This document shows positions 39,545 through 52,874 of a stretch of 57,932 bases of DNA, piece by piece. The position numbers and the translations under genes are program-made. How positions within the stretch are numbered: position 1 is the first letter of the stretch; the number at the start of each line of letters is the position of its first letter. The notes beneath the pieces are model-generated. The model did no database searches and was not told where the DNA came from. It saw nothing but the letters and a program-made list of their open reading frames with translations. The stretch lies in contig NC_068992.1 of NCBI RefSeq assembly GCF_001194135.2, positions 60,601,126 through 60,659,057 of the forward strand, in the 5' to 3' direction. This DNA comes from Octopus bimaculoides. Its lineage: Eukaryota.

Positions 39545-40868
39545 GTGTGTGTATGTGTGTGTGTGTGTGTGTGTAACAATTAGAAAATGGAGGATAATAT
39601 GCTGAACCCAACTACTTGCAGACGGTGTATCCCGTTGAATTCATTAATTTAATTCATAGCAAAAGTGACAAAAAAAGAAAGAAAAAGAAAGAAAGAACCA
39701 AAGCACAGGTGTCTATGGCAGACTATGTTATTTTGCCAACCTGGTTTACATATAGAAGTACAAAGTACATAAGGAACTAGATAGATATAACTAAGTTAGG
39801 CAAGTCGATATACAGAAAAAATTAAGTACATTTAAAACAAACAATGCACATGTGCTTACATATAAAAACGTCCGACATACACAGAACATCGGATAGCACC
39901 AGCTTCCCTCTTTATTTGAGGTGTCGATACCTCAAATGTAAAACTTCTTCCCTGAAGAAGGAGGCTGGTATTACCCGATGATGGAATCAATTTACAACCC
40001 CCAAGAAACACCTGTTAGCCTCGTAAAACTCTTAATCAACCCCTTTAATTCTTGATATCATTTCTATTCTGTGTAAGTCGGATCTTTTTAAATGTAAACA
40101 TATGCACATTGTTTTAAATGTACTTAAATGTTTTTGGTATATCGACTTGTCTAAGTCATATATACACACCATCATCCGCATACCCACAAATCATCATCAT
40201 CACACAACCACACGTTACAGACATCTTTTGTTTATCTATAAATTTCGACTATACATACATATATACAGAGAGGGAGAGAGAGGGAGAGGCTGAGCGAGAG
40301 ATTGATAGATAGATATCCATATATACATAAATATTCACAAAAAACAAGTCTAAATATATACACATGTATATATATNNNNNNNNNNNNNNNNNNNNNNNNN
40401 NNNNNNNNNNNNNNNNNNNNNNNNNNNNNNNNNNNNNNNNNNNNNNNNNNNNNNNNNNNNNNNNNNNNNNNNNNNNNNNNNNNNNNNNNNNNNNNNNNNN
40501 NNNNNNNNNNNNNNNNNNNNNNNNNNNNNNNNNNNNNNNNNNNNNNNNNNNNNNNNNNNNNNNNNNNNNNNNNNNNNNNNNNNNNNNNNNNNNNNNNNNN
40601 NNNNNNNNNNNNNNNNNNNNNNNNNNNNNNNNNNNNNNNNNNNNNNNNNNNNNNNNNNNNNNNNNNNNNNNNNNNNNNNNNNNNNNNNNNNNNNNNNNNN
40701 NNNNNNNNNNNNNNNNNNNNNNNNNNNNNNNNNNNNNNNNNNNNNNNNNNNNNNNNNNNNNNNNNNNNNNNNNNNNNNNNNNNNNNNNNNNNNNNNNNNN
40801 NNNNNNNNNNNNNNNNNNNNNNNNNNNNNNNNNNNNNNNNNNNNNTATATATATATATATATATATAT

Positions 40869-40943
<75 letters not shown>

Positions 40944-41149
40944 TATATATAGATAGATAGATAGATATAGACGATTTACGCTATATGTGTGTGTATGTGT
41001 GTATGTGTACATATGTGTACATACATATACGTATAGATGGATGACGGATGGATGCATGTGATATTGTGCCGATAGTGGTGGTCGTATTGGCGGAAGGGGC
41101 GGTGCCTTACAATTGCGATATACAACATCTAGGCGTCACTGACAGAGAA

Positions 41150-41177
41150 TGGTGATGCTGATGAGAATTATGATGAC

Positions 41178-41222
<45 letters not shown>

Positions 41223-41410
41223 AATGATGATGAGGATGATGAGGATGATGATGATGATGATGAAGGTGACCACGTCGACCATGCCAGTGATGGTGGTGGT
41301 GTTGATGTTTTATGATTTGGTGGCGTTGGTGGTGATGGTACTGTTGATGACGATCACCATGGCAACGACCATGACAACGACGACAACGGCTGTAACAATA
41401 ACAATAATAA
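41150..41410. repeat. Degenerate (GAT)n/(GGT)n/(AAC)n tract
   Basis: Direct reading. Confidence 0.93.
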
Positions 41411-41521
41411 AAGAATGCAAAAGAAGAAGACGCTCGGTTATTAATGACGCAAGTAATTAATATACGTGTATGAAATTATTTAACGGAAGCCGGGCAAGAG
41501 AGAGAAAAGGATAGAGAACGA

Positions 41522-41563
<42 letters not shown>

Positions 41564-42689
41564 CGGGAGCAGAAGGGAAATGGAGATGAAGATAGGAAGA
41601 GAGAATAATGGTCGTTATATAGATTAATCGATTTAACATTAAAGAATATAGAACACGTATAAAAGTAATTTAACGGATATAGCACAGAAAGCCCTATATT
41701 ATATCGTGTTATTTGTTTCTGCTCGTAACGGAGAGTATTCACGCCAAATTTAGCAAATTTAGTGTTTCTTAAATTGACTATCCAATAAGAGAGGAGCGAA
41801 ATTGGCATTTATTATTGCTATTATTATTGTTGTTTTGTTGTCGTTGTTATGTTGTTGTTATTATTATTATTATTTTATCACAAATTAGCTATTGAAATAA
41901 ACACACCATTAAGAAATATAATGTGTTCAATTATAGTTTTGGTTTTTGTTTACTTATAGCAAGCAAAATTACGTGACATCATGAATCGTTTCGAAAAGTC
42001 TTTAAGAAACGCAAAACGTGATATTTCGAAAGAAACCTATAAATATCATTTATTACTTTAAAGTCATCCTTCTTAAATAATTATTTTAAAATTAAGAATT
42101 TTTTTCAAAGAAAAAAATGTACTTTTAATTAATGCTTTGAAAAAATATTTTTAATTTTATTTTCATCATCTTCACCATCATGATCATCATTGCCATTTTT
42201 ATTATTATTGTTATTTTTTCAATTTCATTAAACTATTGAAATAGCGTTATTTTAGGTTTCAAGAATATTTTAAAATATAATTCCAGACATTAAACAAAAA
42301 AAATAATAAATAAATAAAATGCAAGGTAATATAAACTTAAAATAACATAAATTTATAAATTAAATATATTTAATAATGTTCATAAGATGTAATTATGTAA
42401 TAATACAGCTTAGTTTATCCATATTAATTAACGAGGAGTGTAATCAGTTAAACAGATGGTCAGTACTTGACTGGTACTTAAATTATCGTCCCTGGAAGAA
42501 TGTAAAAGCAGAAACAGTCCCGACATTAATTCAAGCCCGGCATATAAAGTTATATAAATAGATGTCTGCTAGCAGTAGCGTGCTTCATGTGTAGCCGATA
42601 AGAGAATCCTTGGAACTAAGGTTGCGTCGAATGCACTGAGAAGCCGTGAACCAAAGTTAGTGAAGGTCAATAATTAAAGTGAAAGATAA

Positions 42690-43330
42690 GAGCGTTAAGC
42701 TTACAGAATCGTTACCATGCCGGGCAAAATAATTAGCAGCATTGCCTCCATCACTACATTGAGGTCGATTTTATCGACCGAATCCCTTCTCTAAAATTTG
42801 AGACCTTGTGTGCATAGCAGAACGGAATATTACAATTACGTTCTGAGTTCAAATTCTGTCGAGTTAAACTTTGCCTTTCATCCTTTCGGGGTTTTGAGAC
42901 CAATATTTAAAGCGAAAGTTATGGGCGGTCAGCTGGTACAGTTGTTAGCATGCCGCGCAGAATGCCTTATGGAATTTCGTCCGTCATGACTCTGAATTCA
43001 AATTCCACTGACATCAACTTTGCCTTTCGTCCTTTCGGGGTCGATAGAATAATTACCAGTTGAACACTGGGATCGATGTAATCGATTTACATTTTCTCCA
43101 GAAACTGTTAGCCTTGTGCCAAAATTTGAAACCAACATTTATAAAGTGAAAAATCGCTCGACGAGTTTTCGAGTTTTCTACGTTCTGTATTCAGATCTGG
43201 CCTGCATCAAATTTTCCTTTCATCCTTTGGGGGTCGATAAAACAAAGTACCAGTCAAGTACTAGGGATCATGAAATCGACTTACAACTTCCCCTTAGAAA
43301 TACTGGCCTTGTGCCAAAATTAGACACAAA
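42690..43330 (+). mobile_element. Cluster of about four head-to-tail SINE family A copies or fragments
   Basis: Repeated TTCAAATTC/TTCAGATCT, TTTCATCCTTT(C/G)GGGG and GCCTTGTGCCAAAATT. Approximate units are 42690-42815, 42836-42905, 42921-43136 and 43165-43330. Confidence 0.8.
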
Positions 43331-43717
43331 ATCTTTTAATGGTCTACATTAAAGCAGCGATTTCTCAAACGGTTGTTGAGCATACTCTTTGCTGATATAT
43401 ATTGGCGAAATATTTATTGAAATTAAAGACACCTTTGGCCTGAATAGATGAGTGTTTTAGATTCAGCTCACACACCAGTCGGCCATCGACTCATATTTAT
43501 GAATGGAAGACTAGAATAAGAGAATAATGGATAATTTCATTTAATTGTCCAATTAAATCATTGATTGATTGATTAATTGATTGACGGACTGATGGTTTGA
43601 TTGATGTATCGTTTGAAATGTATGTAGTAAAGTTTACTACCTCAGGCGCGTATTTTACTGTCTCAGATATACTCGGCCTAGTCCTACACCCAGTAATTAT
43701 TTAAAACTTGTCGGTGT

Positions 43718-43864
43718 GATAAAGAAGCTCACTTTGCAACCACAACCACATGGTTTCAGTTTCAGCTCCCTGTACATCATTTTCGCAAATGTCTTCTGAT
43801 TCTGCAGGCCAACCAATGCCTAGTGAGTGCATTTGTAAGTCGGAAATTTTGTGGAAGTCCGTCG

Positions 43865-43866
<2 letters not shown>
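43718..43866 (+). mobile_element. SINE family B 5' half, followed by (CA)n/(TA)n
   Basis: AACCACATGGTTTCAGTTTCAG...GCAAATGTCTTCT...AATGCCTAGTGAGTG...GGAAGTCCGTCG. Confidence 0.7.
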
Positions 43867-43901
<35 letters not shown>

Positions 43902-44424
43902 NNNNNNNNNNATATATATATACATATATATATATATATGTGTATGTATATATATATATATATATATAGGAAAAATTGAAATCAGAGAAATAAGCTTAGG
44001 ATTGTATTTCAAGGCAGAAGAGTGGTTCGCCAGTCTGGATTTAAAATTTGTAGGAGGTAATCCAATATAGAAAATTTCCTTTGTTCCAGAGGTAATCTTG
44101 CATTAGTACACGGTATTTTTAATACTACAATTTCCATTTAGGACACAGTTTTTATTTGGACACGCAGCTGTAAGGCCTAATATCATTGATATTATTATTT
44201 AAGAAGAGATTATTGTTAATATTATTGTTAAAAACTATTAAAGTTGTTAGAGTTTTTAAGAGAGACACTGTTACCTTTTAGAATACAACTGTTACGTGAT
44301 GGTATAATTTGTGAGAGATTGCTGGTGTTAGAGAAACCTATTCTGATACCGTGTGTGTTGAAAATTGAGTGATACCTTGAATTAATGTGGAAGTTCCTAT
44401 CTATGGCTTGACAAAATATGTATG

Positions 44425-44479
<55 letters not shown>

Positions 44480-44614
44480 ACATATATATATATATATATA
44501 TAAGTATGTATAGATATACGTATATTTATATATTTGTTTTTATTTATGTATGTCTGCGTGTCTGTGTGGGTTGTTTGGGTGTATGTAAATATATGTGAGT
44601 GCTTCTCTCCTACT

Positions 44615-44792
44615 TATATCATGACAGCCAGTGTTGGTTTGCTTATGTCCCTGTAAGTTAGCGGTTCGGTAAACGCGCCCCACAAAATAAGCATTAGAAA
44701 TTAAATAAGTACTGAAGTTCGACTAAACCCTTGCAGGTAGTGCAACAGTATGGCCATTGTCCAATGACTGACACAAGTAATAGATTAAAAGT
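44615..44792 (+). mobile_element. SINE family B 3' half
   Basis: TTATGTCCCTGTAAGTTAGCGGTTCGG...TTCGACTAAA...CAGTATGGCC...AATGACTGACACAAGTAA. Confidence 0.7.
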
Positions 44793-45829
44793 GTACATAA
44801 ATAAGTGGTGAAAGGATGTTCCAGTGAGTGTAAGAAGTAAGCATGATGGGAATTGAATCAACATGTGAGATTCTCTTTCTCATAAGAAGGCAATTCATTT
44901 CATTTTCACCCTTAAATCCTACTTGTTTCACGTGAGTTTACGTGGTCTCTAAATTTGTTACAATAGTACCTAGGGTTAAACAATAACATCACCATTTGCT
45001 TCATTTGCTCCTGCCACATGGCTAAAATTTAACCCAGTTCATTATTGATGAATATTCTATGGACCCCAGATTGATTAAAAACACTGATATGAATTGAACA
45101 CAGATCGTAAAATTTTGTATTTTTACAAGAGACATCGTATCTGTAGCACACTTGTGGTTTATCTTTAGATAGAAGTCCAGTTACTTTTGAATGGAGAGCA
45201 TCGACTTCAGTAACCAAGCAGTTACTTTTTCCAAAGGTTTGTAGGGTGTGATTTGCATGATATTTAGCTGAATACGTGACCCCTTAAAGGCATCCTTTGT
45301 AGTTCACTCCGAACCGAGTCAGTTATGTAGTAATAGGGCACAGGTTACAGAAACAACGTTTATTTAGCGTGTCTTATAATGCATGGAAATCTATCTTGAT
45401 TTCTATCTTCAGAAAATAGATTGCAAAATAGCGTGAAACTGAATCGGACCCAGTGTATACATAAATCTTTAATCGCAGAGAGATTAAGAAGAAAAATAAT
45501 CCGCCTCTACGATTTGAAGTCGGAATGTAAAGGATCTTAAATATTAAATGGCATTTTGTTTCTTCTCATGCACAAGGTTAAAGATTTTCATAATTCGTTG
45601 TAAACAAAACAAGTAAAGATGCAAAGCAACATGAAATTCTTAACGTCTTAACATGATATAAAAATATATTTAAAAGTTTAAGATATAGATCTGGAGAAAT
45701 GATTAATCTGAAAAGATATTGTTTACTACACATAAAAAAATTCCATCTCATTTAATGCTACAATTATTAGAGAGGGAACAGATTAAAATATGTGCTATGA
45801 GAAATAACAATTTCGAAATTCATAGATAT

Positions 45830-45937
45830 ATGAAGATGTATGTGTGTATGTATGTATGTATGTATGTATGTAAGTAAATGTAAGTACATATATATATATT
45901 TATATATTATATATATTATATACATATACACAAATGC

Positions 45938-46036
<99 letters not shown>

Positions 46037-46315
46037 TATTTATACATATTCATAAATATATACGTACATACACATATACATATGTATATATATACATACA
46101 TGCATACATACATATATTATACATATATATACATAAATACATACATACATACATATATATATATATATTTACATATATATATACATAGGTACATATATAT
46201 ATAATATAAATAATATATATATGCATATATACATACATATATGTACATACATATATATATATATGTGTGTGTATATATATATATAGAAAGAGAGATAAAT
46301 ATATAGATAGATAGA

Positions 46316-46345
<30 letters not shown>
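45830..46345. repeat. Compound (TATG)n/(TA)n/(CATA)n tract
   Basis: Direct reading. Confidence 0.95.
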
Positions 46346-46347
<2 letters not shown>

Positions 46348-46680
46348 CAGGTACAAAACGTAAACAACATGAAATACGAACTTTTTTATGCGAACAATGA
46401 AAAAAACAAATGGAAATAAAACAAGTAACAAAAAGAACGACCCTTCATCAGTTGTCGGCAGTTTATCTACTCCACATTTCGAGTAATTTCGACAAGATGT
46501 GCCTTCGAGAAAACAGTTGCTCCCGCAAACCAAAATAAAAATTAGGGATTTGTGGAGGGTCAAATTTGGTAACAAAAACAGGACAGTGAAAACAAAATAG
46601 TGAATTGAAACAGCGATGGCTGCGAACGGAGAAGGAACAAGCTTTGACAGGAGAAAAGATAGGAGACGAGACAAACAAGT
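46348..46680 (-). mobile_element. Dispersed repeat family D, copy 1 (possibly a Penelope-like terminal repeat)
   Basis: Colinear with 57369-57800 in the opposite orientation. They share blocks such as TTTTCACTGTCCTGTTTTTGT and GCCGACAACTGATGAAGGGTCGTTCT. The family assignment is inference from the CTGATGAAGG motif. Confidence 0.7.
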
Positions 46681-46738
46681 ATGAGAGCGTCTATCTGATA
46701 TATATATATATATATATAACATAGACATACGTACCTTT

Positions 46739-46930
46739 AGCGTAGCTCTCAGAGAGATTCAGTGTGACAGGTTGTGGTAAGTCTGGCCTTTCGAAGCATG
46801 TTACTACTCATTTTGGCCCGCTGAATGGACTGGTGCAACGTGAAATAAATTTCCTCACCACTAGGCATCGAACTCACAATCTTACGATCTTGAGCCGACT
46901 ACCCTAACCACTTAGCCACATATCTTCAAC
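46739..46930 (-). mobile_element. SINE family C, 3'-truncated with an internal deletion
   Basis: CAACGTGAAATAAA, ATCGAACTCACAATCTTACGATC and CCCTAACCACTTAGCCAC. Confidence 0.78.
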
Positions 46931-47440
46931 CATACGTACATACTTAATGTGTATGTATTGTTAAACGTTTGAGGTTTTGGTAGTTCAACCTCAAGAAGGT
47001 CTCTTTAAAGGCAGGAGTCAACGAGAATAACATATGTCGATACTTCGCGGAATTTTCTGCTCATCGGTGACGTATACTCACCCCACTTCCGAAAGCAATT
47101 CGAATTGCGAGCGAGTAAAATATAAAGATAGCGGAAGCTGATGTGTAAAATGGTTGCCGTTCATTTCTGGGTTCGTTTCGCTTAGTATACTTCAAAATGT
47201 ATACTGTGATTTATATTACTATAGCTCTTTAAAGGAACCTCTCTTAGATGAAGTACTGCAGCTACAAGCACCTAATCACACATACATACACTATGTGATA
47301 ATGATAATCTTTACTTTATTGGTGTCCTTCTAACTGAAAATTAGAATTTTGTTCTACATGTGCTGCGCCTTTGCACATCAGCAAATAGGTTTTACGCCAC
47401 GTGTATATACTTCTGGCTGGCAGAATTATATACAAGTAAC

Positions 47441-47541
47441 GAGGCTTTAGTAGAAGACACTTCGCGTCCAAGGTGCCGCGCAGTATGCGTGAACCTGAAA
47501 TCATATGGGTTCGAAGCAAGGTGTTTAAACACGCAGCCATC
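47441..47541 (-). mobile_element. SINE family B head fragment
   Basis: AGTAGAAGACACTT...CCAAGGTGCCGCGCAGT...GAACC...ACACGCAGCCA. Confidence 0.72.
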
Positions 47542-48950
47542 CTAGGGTCTATTTTATTACTCTTTTTTCAGTATTTCTGAATAGAACGGTATGGCTAATA
47601 ATTCTTGTTTAAATTTACCTTCCTCCATATATGCACATTTTGATATGTTTTTAGTGATTTCTGCTGCCACATACTTGCTTCAATGCTGCATGATTAATGG
47701 TTAGCTTTAATATAGTTGCTTTCTATGTTATAATAATTTTCATGTCGCAAGTTCATCTTAAGTTTGGTTTAAGACTGCATCTAGTAAATACAGTTCTCTA
47801 ACGAATGATAGCAAAAAAATGTAAACCTATTAAAGGCAAGAAGTGTTTAGCAGTATAAGAAAAGGAGGTGTAAATCATAAGTTAGCAGTTTCTCTGCTTG
47901 GTATTGTATAGCGATGGTTTATAGTTATAGGAGACATCTTTGATTATAGGTATGCTCTGTCAGGACTGATTTGGGATATGCAACAACATCAAATACAATA
48001 ACATCGCATAAATATATGAAGCCACAGAATCTGCAGGAACTGTATTTAGACTTCATCTATTCACTTCGTCACTGGTATATGTTTTAACGACGCTATAGAG
48101 GTAAAAGATGGAGTTAGATCTGGCGGAATTTGAACAGAGAATGTAAAGATACGAATATATATGATACATTAAACAGCATTATATGATACATATAATATAT
48201 AGTATCCCGCACCATTTACTTTGATGTCCTTTTATATTAGTCTTTATCAGAGACCTTTCTACAGGTATTAACGTTATTAAGCTGGTTAACCCTTCGCAAA
48301 GTTGGTGCATGAATCACAACAGATGTTTTGGAAGAAATATTCAGAAACTACATCGAAATTTTGCAGATCGATTCACCAACTTGTCATGGTAACACAGTTA
48401 CGTATTATCTGTCACCATAATCTAAATATATTACCGAATTATTGATCAATTCAATATATTTTAATGTCTTCCATTTTTTCACTTCATTACACTCTTTTCA
48501 CATATTTTTGAAGAAATTATTGCAAGTATATTATTATCTACTTATTTTTTTTATAATTTGAAGCCAATATTCTTTTCGAAATTCTTTCGAAAGTCAATGT
48601 TAAATCTACTGTGACATTTGTCATGTTGGTCCTTTAGTGTTTTTTTGTTTTTTAAATATGTTTTTATATGAATGTTTAGCAAAACTACCTTCAACATTTG
48701 CATTTTTCTCAATAAATAGTTTTAACTGCGAGGATATAATCCTTGAAACCTCTTCAAACATATAATGAAGTTTGACATTTCAAAAACACCGCAGGATATA
48801 TTAAATCAGTTGTAAGAAATGGTCGGCAGATGGTGAAAACAAATAGAATGTAAGCATATGTAAGTATANNNNNNNNNNNNNNNNNNNNNNNNNNNNNNNN
48901 NNNNNNNNNNNNNNNNNNNNNNNNNNNNNNNNNNNNNNNNNNNNNNNNNN

Positions 48951-48988
<38 letters not shown>

Positions 48989-49559
48989 TTGAGTGTGTGA
49001 GTGTGTGTGTGTATTTACATTCATGACATCGTCTGGAACATACACGTTCAATTCAGATTTTTAAAGAAACGTATTAATATTTATGAGTTAACATAAAACA
49101 GATCGTGTTATTAGAATATTTAAGGGTAAGAAGATTCGTTAAATATTCAGTCTCAGTCATGTTTCTCTGGATAAAGTTATCGATCCTGCTCTAACTAAAG
49201 GACGTTAGATGTATTTTAAATACTAATCAGCAACTACTGAGTAAACAAAAAAGACCTCCTGCAATGGTTCGACCTACTAAAAGCAATAGCCAAAGCTGAT
49301 CATACTGTCTTAAAGAAAGTAGCTTCACATCTAACAATTTAGTTCTGGTTAGACTATGTCTGCGAAAATGACGTAAGGTTAATGGATTACGTGTCTTTGA
49401 TTTTAAGATAATAAAAATGCATTATTTACAACATCCATACACTAGCAAATGGTATTTCAGTGGGAAAAACTTAATATTGGGTGGGAAAGTTTTGCATTGA
49501 AAATATTAACATATCAAATGAGATTGTTTTTGTTGATCTTTTAGTCTCAGATCCGTCCT

Positions 49560-50320
49560 GTACGAGCAAACCTATTACAACAAGCGTTCAAATTATGACC
49601 AGCCCGTTGCTTTTTGAGGTGAATAAGGCCACCCTCTCAGACACCGATAGCAATTCTTGAAGAAAATCAGCAACAGAAGACACAACCACGCAGGGGACCA
49701 AAACCTCGAAACTGTCTCTGCTTATACTGTGTCTAGCGTGAAGCCTGATAAAGGAGGAAACTTCGGAAATGGTGGTATTTTCCCTGCTGCAGACGATAGT
49801 AATACCTCAATCCCTGCAGTAGATGATCTACAGTTTGTCTATGATTCGAAGAAGCTGGAACTCTGAATTGCGCTCGAATTGAAATGTGAGAAAGGATTTC
49901 GCTGGAGCAGCCACACGCTCTCTTGCATGACATTTTATGCCACTGGCTCATAGGACTGAAACACCTGCAGATATACTAAGGGTGCCATTGAATGATCTGG
50001 ATGACCCTTGTTTCACCGTGCTGAGTGACGTTAACGAGTAAAGCCTTTGTATTGTTGTAACTTGTTCACAGATCATTGGAATTCCTTCGTACCGGCGGCC
50101 AATGATCCAGCCTTCATATCTGTACGGTGACAAGCATTAGATAATTTCAACAAGGATTTAAGACTTGTCCATATAAGCCCTGATTCAGGAAATCTTTCAT
50201 TGCTGCTAGCCATCAGTTCGTAGAGCCGTAGATGTGGTCTGGATGTGAGGCGGGAGCCAGTAGCAGATAGGCTGTCCAGGAAAGGAACTTGTAGGGCATC
50301 TACACACGGTACATGTATTA
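49560..50320 (-). mobile_element. Highly decayed non-LTR RT fragment (RTE-like)
   Basis: The minus strand gives GIPMICEQVTTIQRLYSLTS...GSSRSF...AGV, resembling the RT motif GIP.K.V..I..LY....S.V...G..S..F....GV.QG. It is preceded by TTSTALR and followed by GITI..RLHAR and LQELL..NGLVI segments in RTE order. No intact YADD. Confidence 0.45.
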
Positions 50321-50455
50321 GATATCGGTTAATTTAAATATAGGCTTTTGATAATTTCTTAATTTAAAATTCGTATAACTTAACTAATTATATATAAGGC
50401 TGAATGGTTAAGCAGTTCGCTTCGAACCGACTGCGTCAGTGGTTAGTTCCAGAGC

Positions 50456-50777
50456 GTGAAGCATCGTGGCTTAGTGGTTAGAGTATTCGGTTCGCGATAG
50501 TAAGGCCGTGAGTTCGATTTCCGGCAGCGCGTAGGGTCCTGGAGCAAGACACCTTATTTCACGTTACTATAGTCCATGAAGACGTCAAAATGAATTGTAC
50601 TCGTAATTCAAAGGGCCACCCTTGTCGCATTCTATGTCACCCTGAATTTCTCTGAGAACTACGTTAAGGGTGTGCGTTTTTGTGGACTGCTCGACCACTT
50701 GCACGTTAATTTCACGAACAGTTTGTTCCGTTGATCGGATCAACAGGAACACACAGCGTAACTGACGGGGTGACATG
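50456..50777 (+). mobile_element. SINE family C, full length
   Basis: A-box TGGCTTAGTGG and B-box GAGTTCGATTTCC. GTCCTGGAGCAAGACAC segment. Third copy of this family in the window. Confidence 0.85.
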
Positions 50778-50879
50778 CCTTGTCCGATGGTCTTCACAAT
50801 GTATGTGCGTGTGTGTGTATGAATGTATGTGCGTTGAGAGTGTGTCTATGTGTGTAAGAGTGTGTGTTTTTATATTAGT

Positions 50880-51047
50880 ACCGCCTCCACTTGACAACCA
50901 ACGTTGGTTTATTCATGTTTCCGTAACTTTAGAGGTTCGGAAAAGAGCCGATAGAATTTGAACTAGTCTTAAACTAGTCTGGCAACAACATTCAAAGCGT
51001 TGTGCTATCGGGGACGCAATCCAATGACTTAAACAAGTAAAGGAATA
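50880..51047 (+). mobile_element. SINE family B 3' half
   Basis: CTTGACAACCAACGTTGGT...CCGTAACTTTAGAGGTTCGG.AAAAGAGCCGATAGAAT...AATGACTTAAACAAGTAAA. Confidence 0.72.
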
Positions 51048-52382
51048 ACGGTTTATATATTAAGTATAATATCGAAATATACTCTATTCAATACAATACT
51101 CTAGGAAATTATGCTGAAATGTTATTGATGATATCTGAAATGTTATTGATGGGAATCAAACCAATACCTTCCACAGGATATAGTATATATATCACGTTTC
51201 ATCGAAATAAGATTACCCGAAATTTCCGAGTAATCCCCAACTGACGGTGGCACTCTAAAGACAGTGAGAGGACACCTAGATATCATGATCTGAGTGTGAC
51301 CGGCTCCCTTATAGTTTAACGAACTAACAGACCGAAAGTGTTGTCTGATGAACATCATTCATCTGAAGACATCTGCTGTAGCGAGGGTCTTAGTAGTTGT
51401 TTTGCTGAAGCTGATGGTGGGATATGAACTGCGAGCTCTTCGATGGTTTGTCTGATATTTTATATTGATCCAACCAACTGAAATTCGTTTGTATCTTAGA
51501 TGTGCGATGTATCTTAAGGCAATGTGTTAGAATATTGTAGTAATTAAAATAAGATCTATTTATTAAATAATGAATTGCAGGATGATTAATCACATCTATA
51601 TAAACTGCTTAAAATGCTTATTCGTCCTCCGTGTTTCATCCATCATTGGTGGAGAGCAGATAATTGACATTTATTGGATAAAACATATATTTCAAAGAGT
51701 TAATACCATTAGAAACAGAGATAAGTACGGGATGGATATAGCAAAGACAGAAAGCAGGCTTCCAATGTTTGATAACAAAATTAATAAAATAATTAATAAT
51801 AAAATGAAAAAATACAAAACACAATTAGAACTCATTAGTTATAGTTTCATTTGGTCTTTGATTAAGTCTAATTAACTTTAATTAAATTTCCACCATGTTT
51901 CTTCCAATATCCCATATACGGAAGATGTGTAAATGAAGTGGATCATTCTGGGAGGTTTGAAAGTAAATTAAAAATTTTTAGTTACGAAGCGAATTTTCTG
52001 GATGAATCCACCTCGAGCCTAATTTTCATCAGTACATTCTAGATTTAATTTTAAGCCATTAGAACTTGTATTAGTTTTAAAATAATTAAATTTGATAAAT
52101 GGAACATTTATTGCTGTGTGTGAGAAGGAATTAATCCTGACTGAAACATGACATTGTCAATTTCCTTAAATTATCTTCAAATTTCAAAGTTTATTTTGTT
52201 TCACTTTTATTATTATTTTTTTTTTAACTAGATATGCATTTTGTGAACCATAGCCTCGTTGTGAGGATGTTCCCAGTAGACCAGTCATTTGATCATCGCA
52301 GTTTCAATAGTGCAAGTGATAAGAATGAGTGTCCGTGTGTGTATGTGTGTGCGCGTGCGTGCGTGTTTCATCCGCAAACGTG

Positions 52383-52420
<38 letters not shown>

Positions 52421-52874
52421 ATTTTCCCAGAGGATGTAGCAACCGTTACCAATATAGCATAAGAACTTACCTTAGGAGATCATTAATTAGATTCCTTAAG
52501 GGTCGTTCTCACAGTTTATATTTATATCATAAGGTTTTTAAACTTTTAAATTTTCATATTCAAAAGAGACAGAGACTTCAAATTCGATATATCGATTTAT
52601 TTGGATAAGTTTGGCACAGAAATGTTAACATAGAGTGGTGAATAAATCGATATNNNNNNNNNNNNNNNNNNNNNNNNNNNNNNNNNNNNNNNNNNNNNNN
52701 NNNNNNNNNNNNNNNNNNNNNNNNNNNNNNNNNNNNNNNNNNNNNNNNNNNNNNNNNNNNNNNNNNNNNNNNNNNNNNNNNNNATATATATATATATATA
52801 TATAAATATATATATCCATATATATCCTTCAGTTTACTGTTAAATTGTTTTTTTATTTATAAATTGGTAAAACA

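Noticed and set aside
39914-40020. 9-bp hairpin ATTTGAGGT/ACCTCAAAT plus CTGAAGA...GAAAC as a possible hammerhead
   Set aside because: No helix I pairing and an implausible helix II.
45030-45095. FIIDEYSM, resembling Pif1/Helitron helicase motif II
   Set aside because: A stop follows within a few codons, and the downstream FGG...GD..QLPPV motif is absent.
50456-50530. tRNA-like sequences with A and B boxes (also at 1341 and 6121)
   Set aside because: These are SINE heads continuous with SINE bodies, and I could not fold a complete cloverleaf.
51340-51800. Possible Penelope GIY-YIG C-terminus on the minus strand (YKISDKPS, LLRPSLQQ)
   Set aside because: The similarity is limited to a few residues across different frames and is too weak without a profile search.
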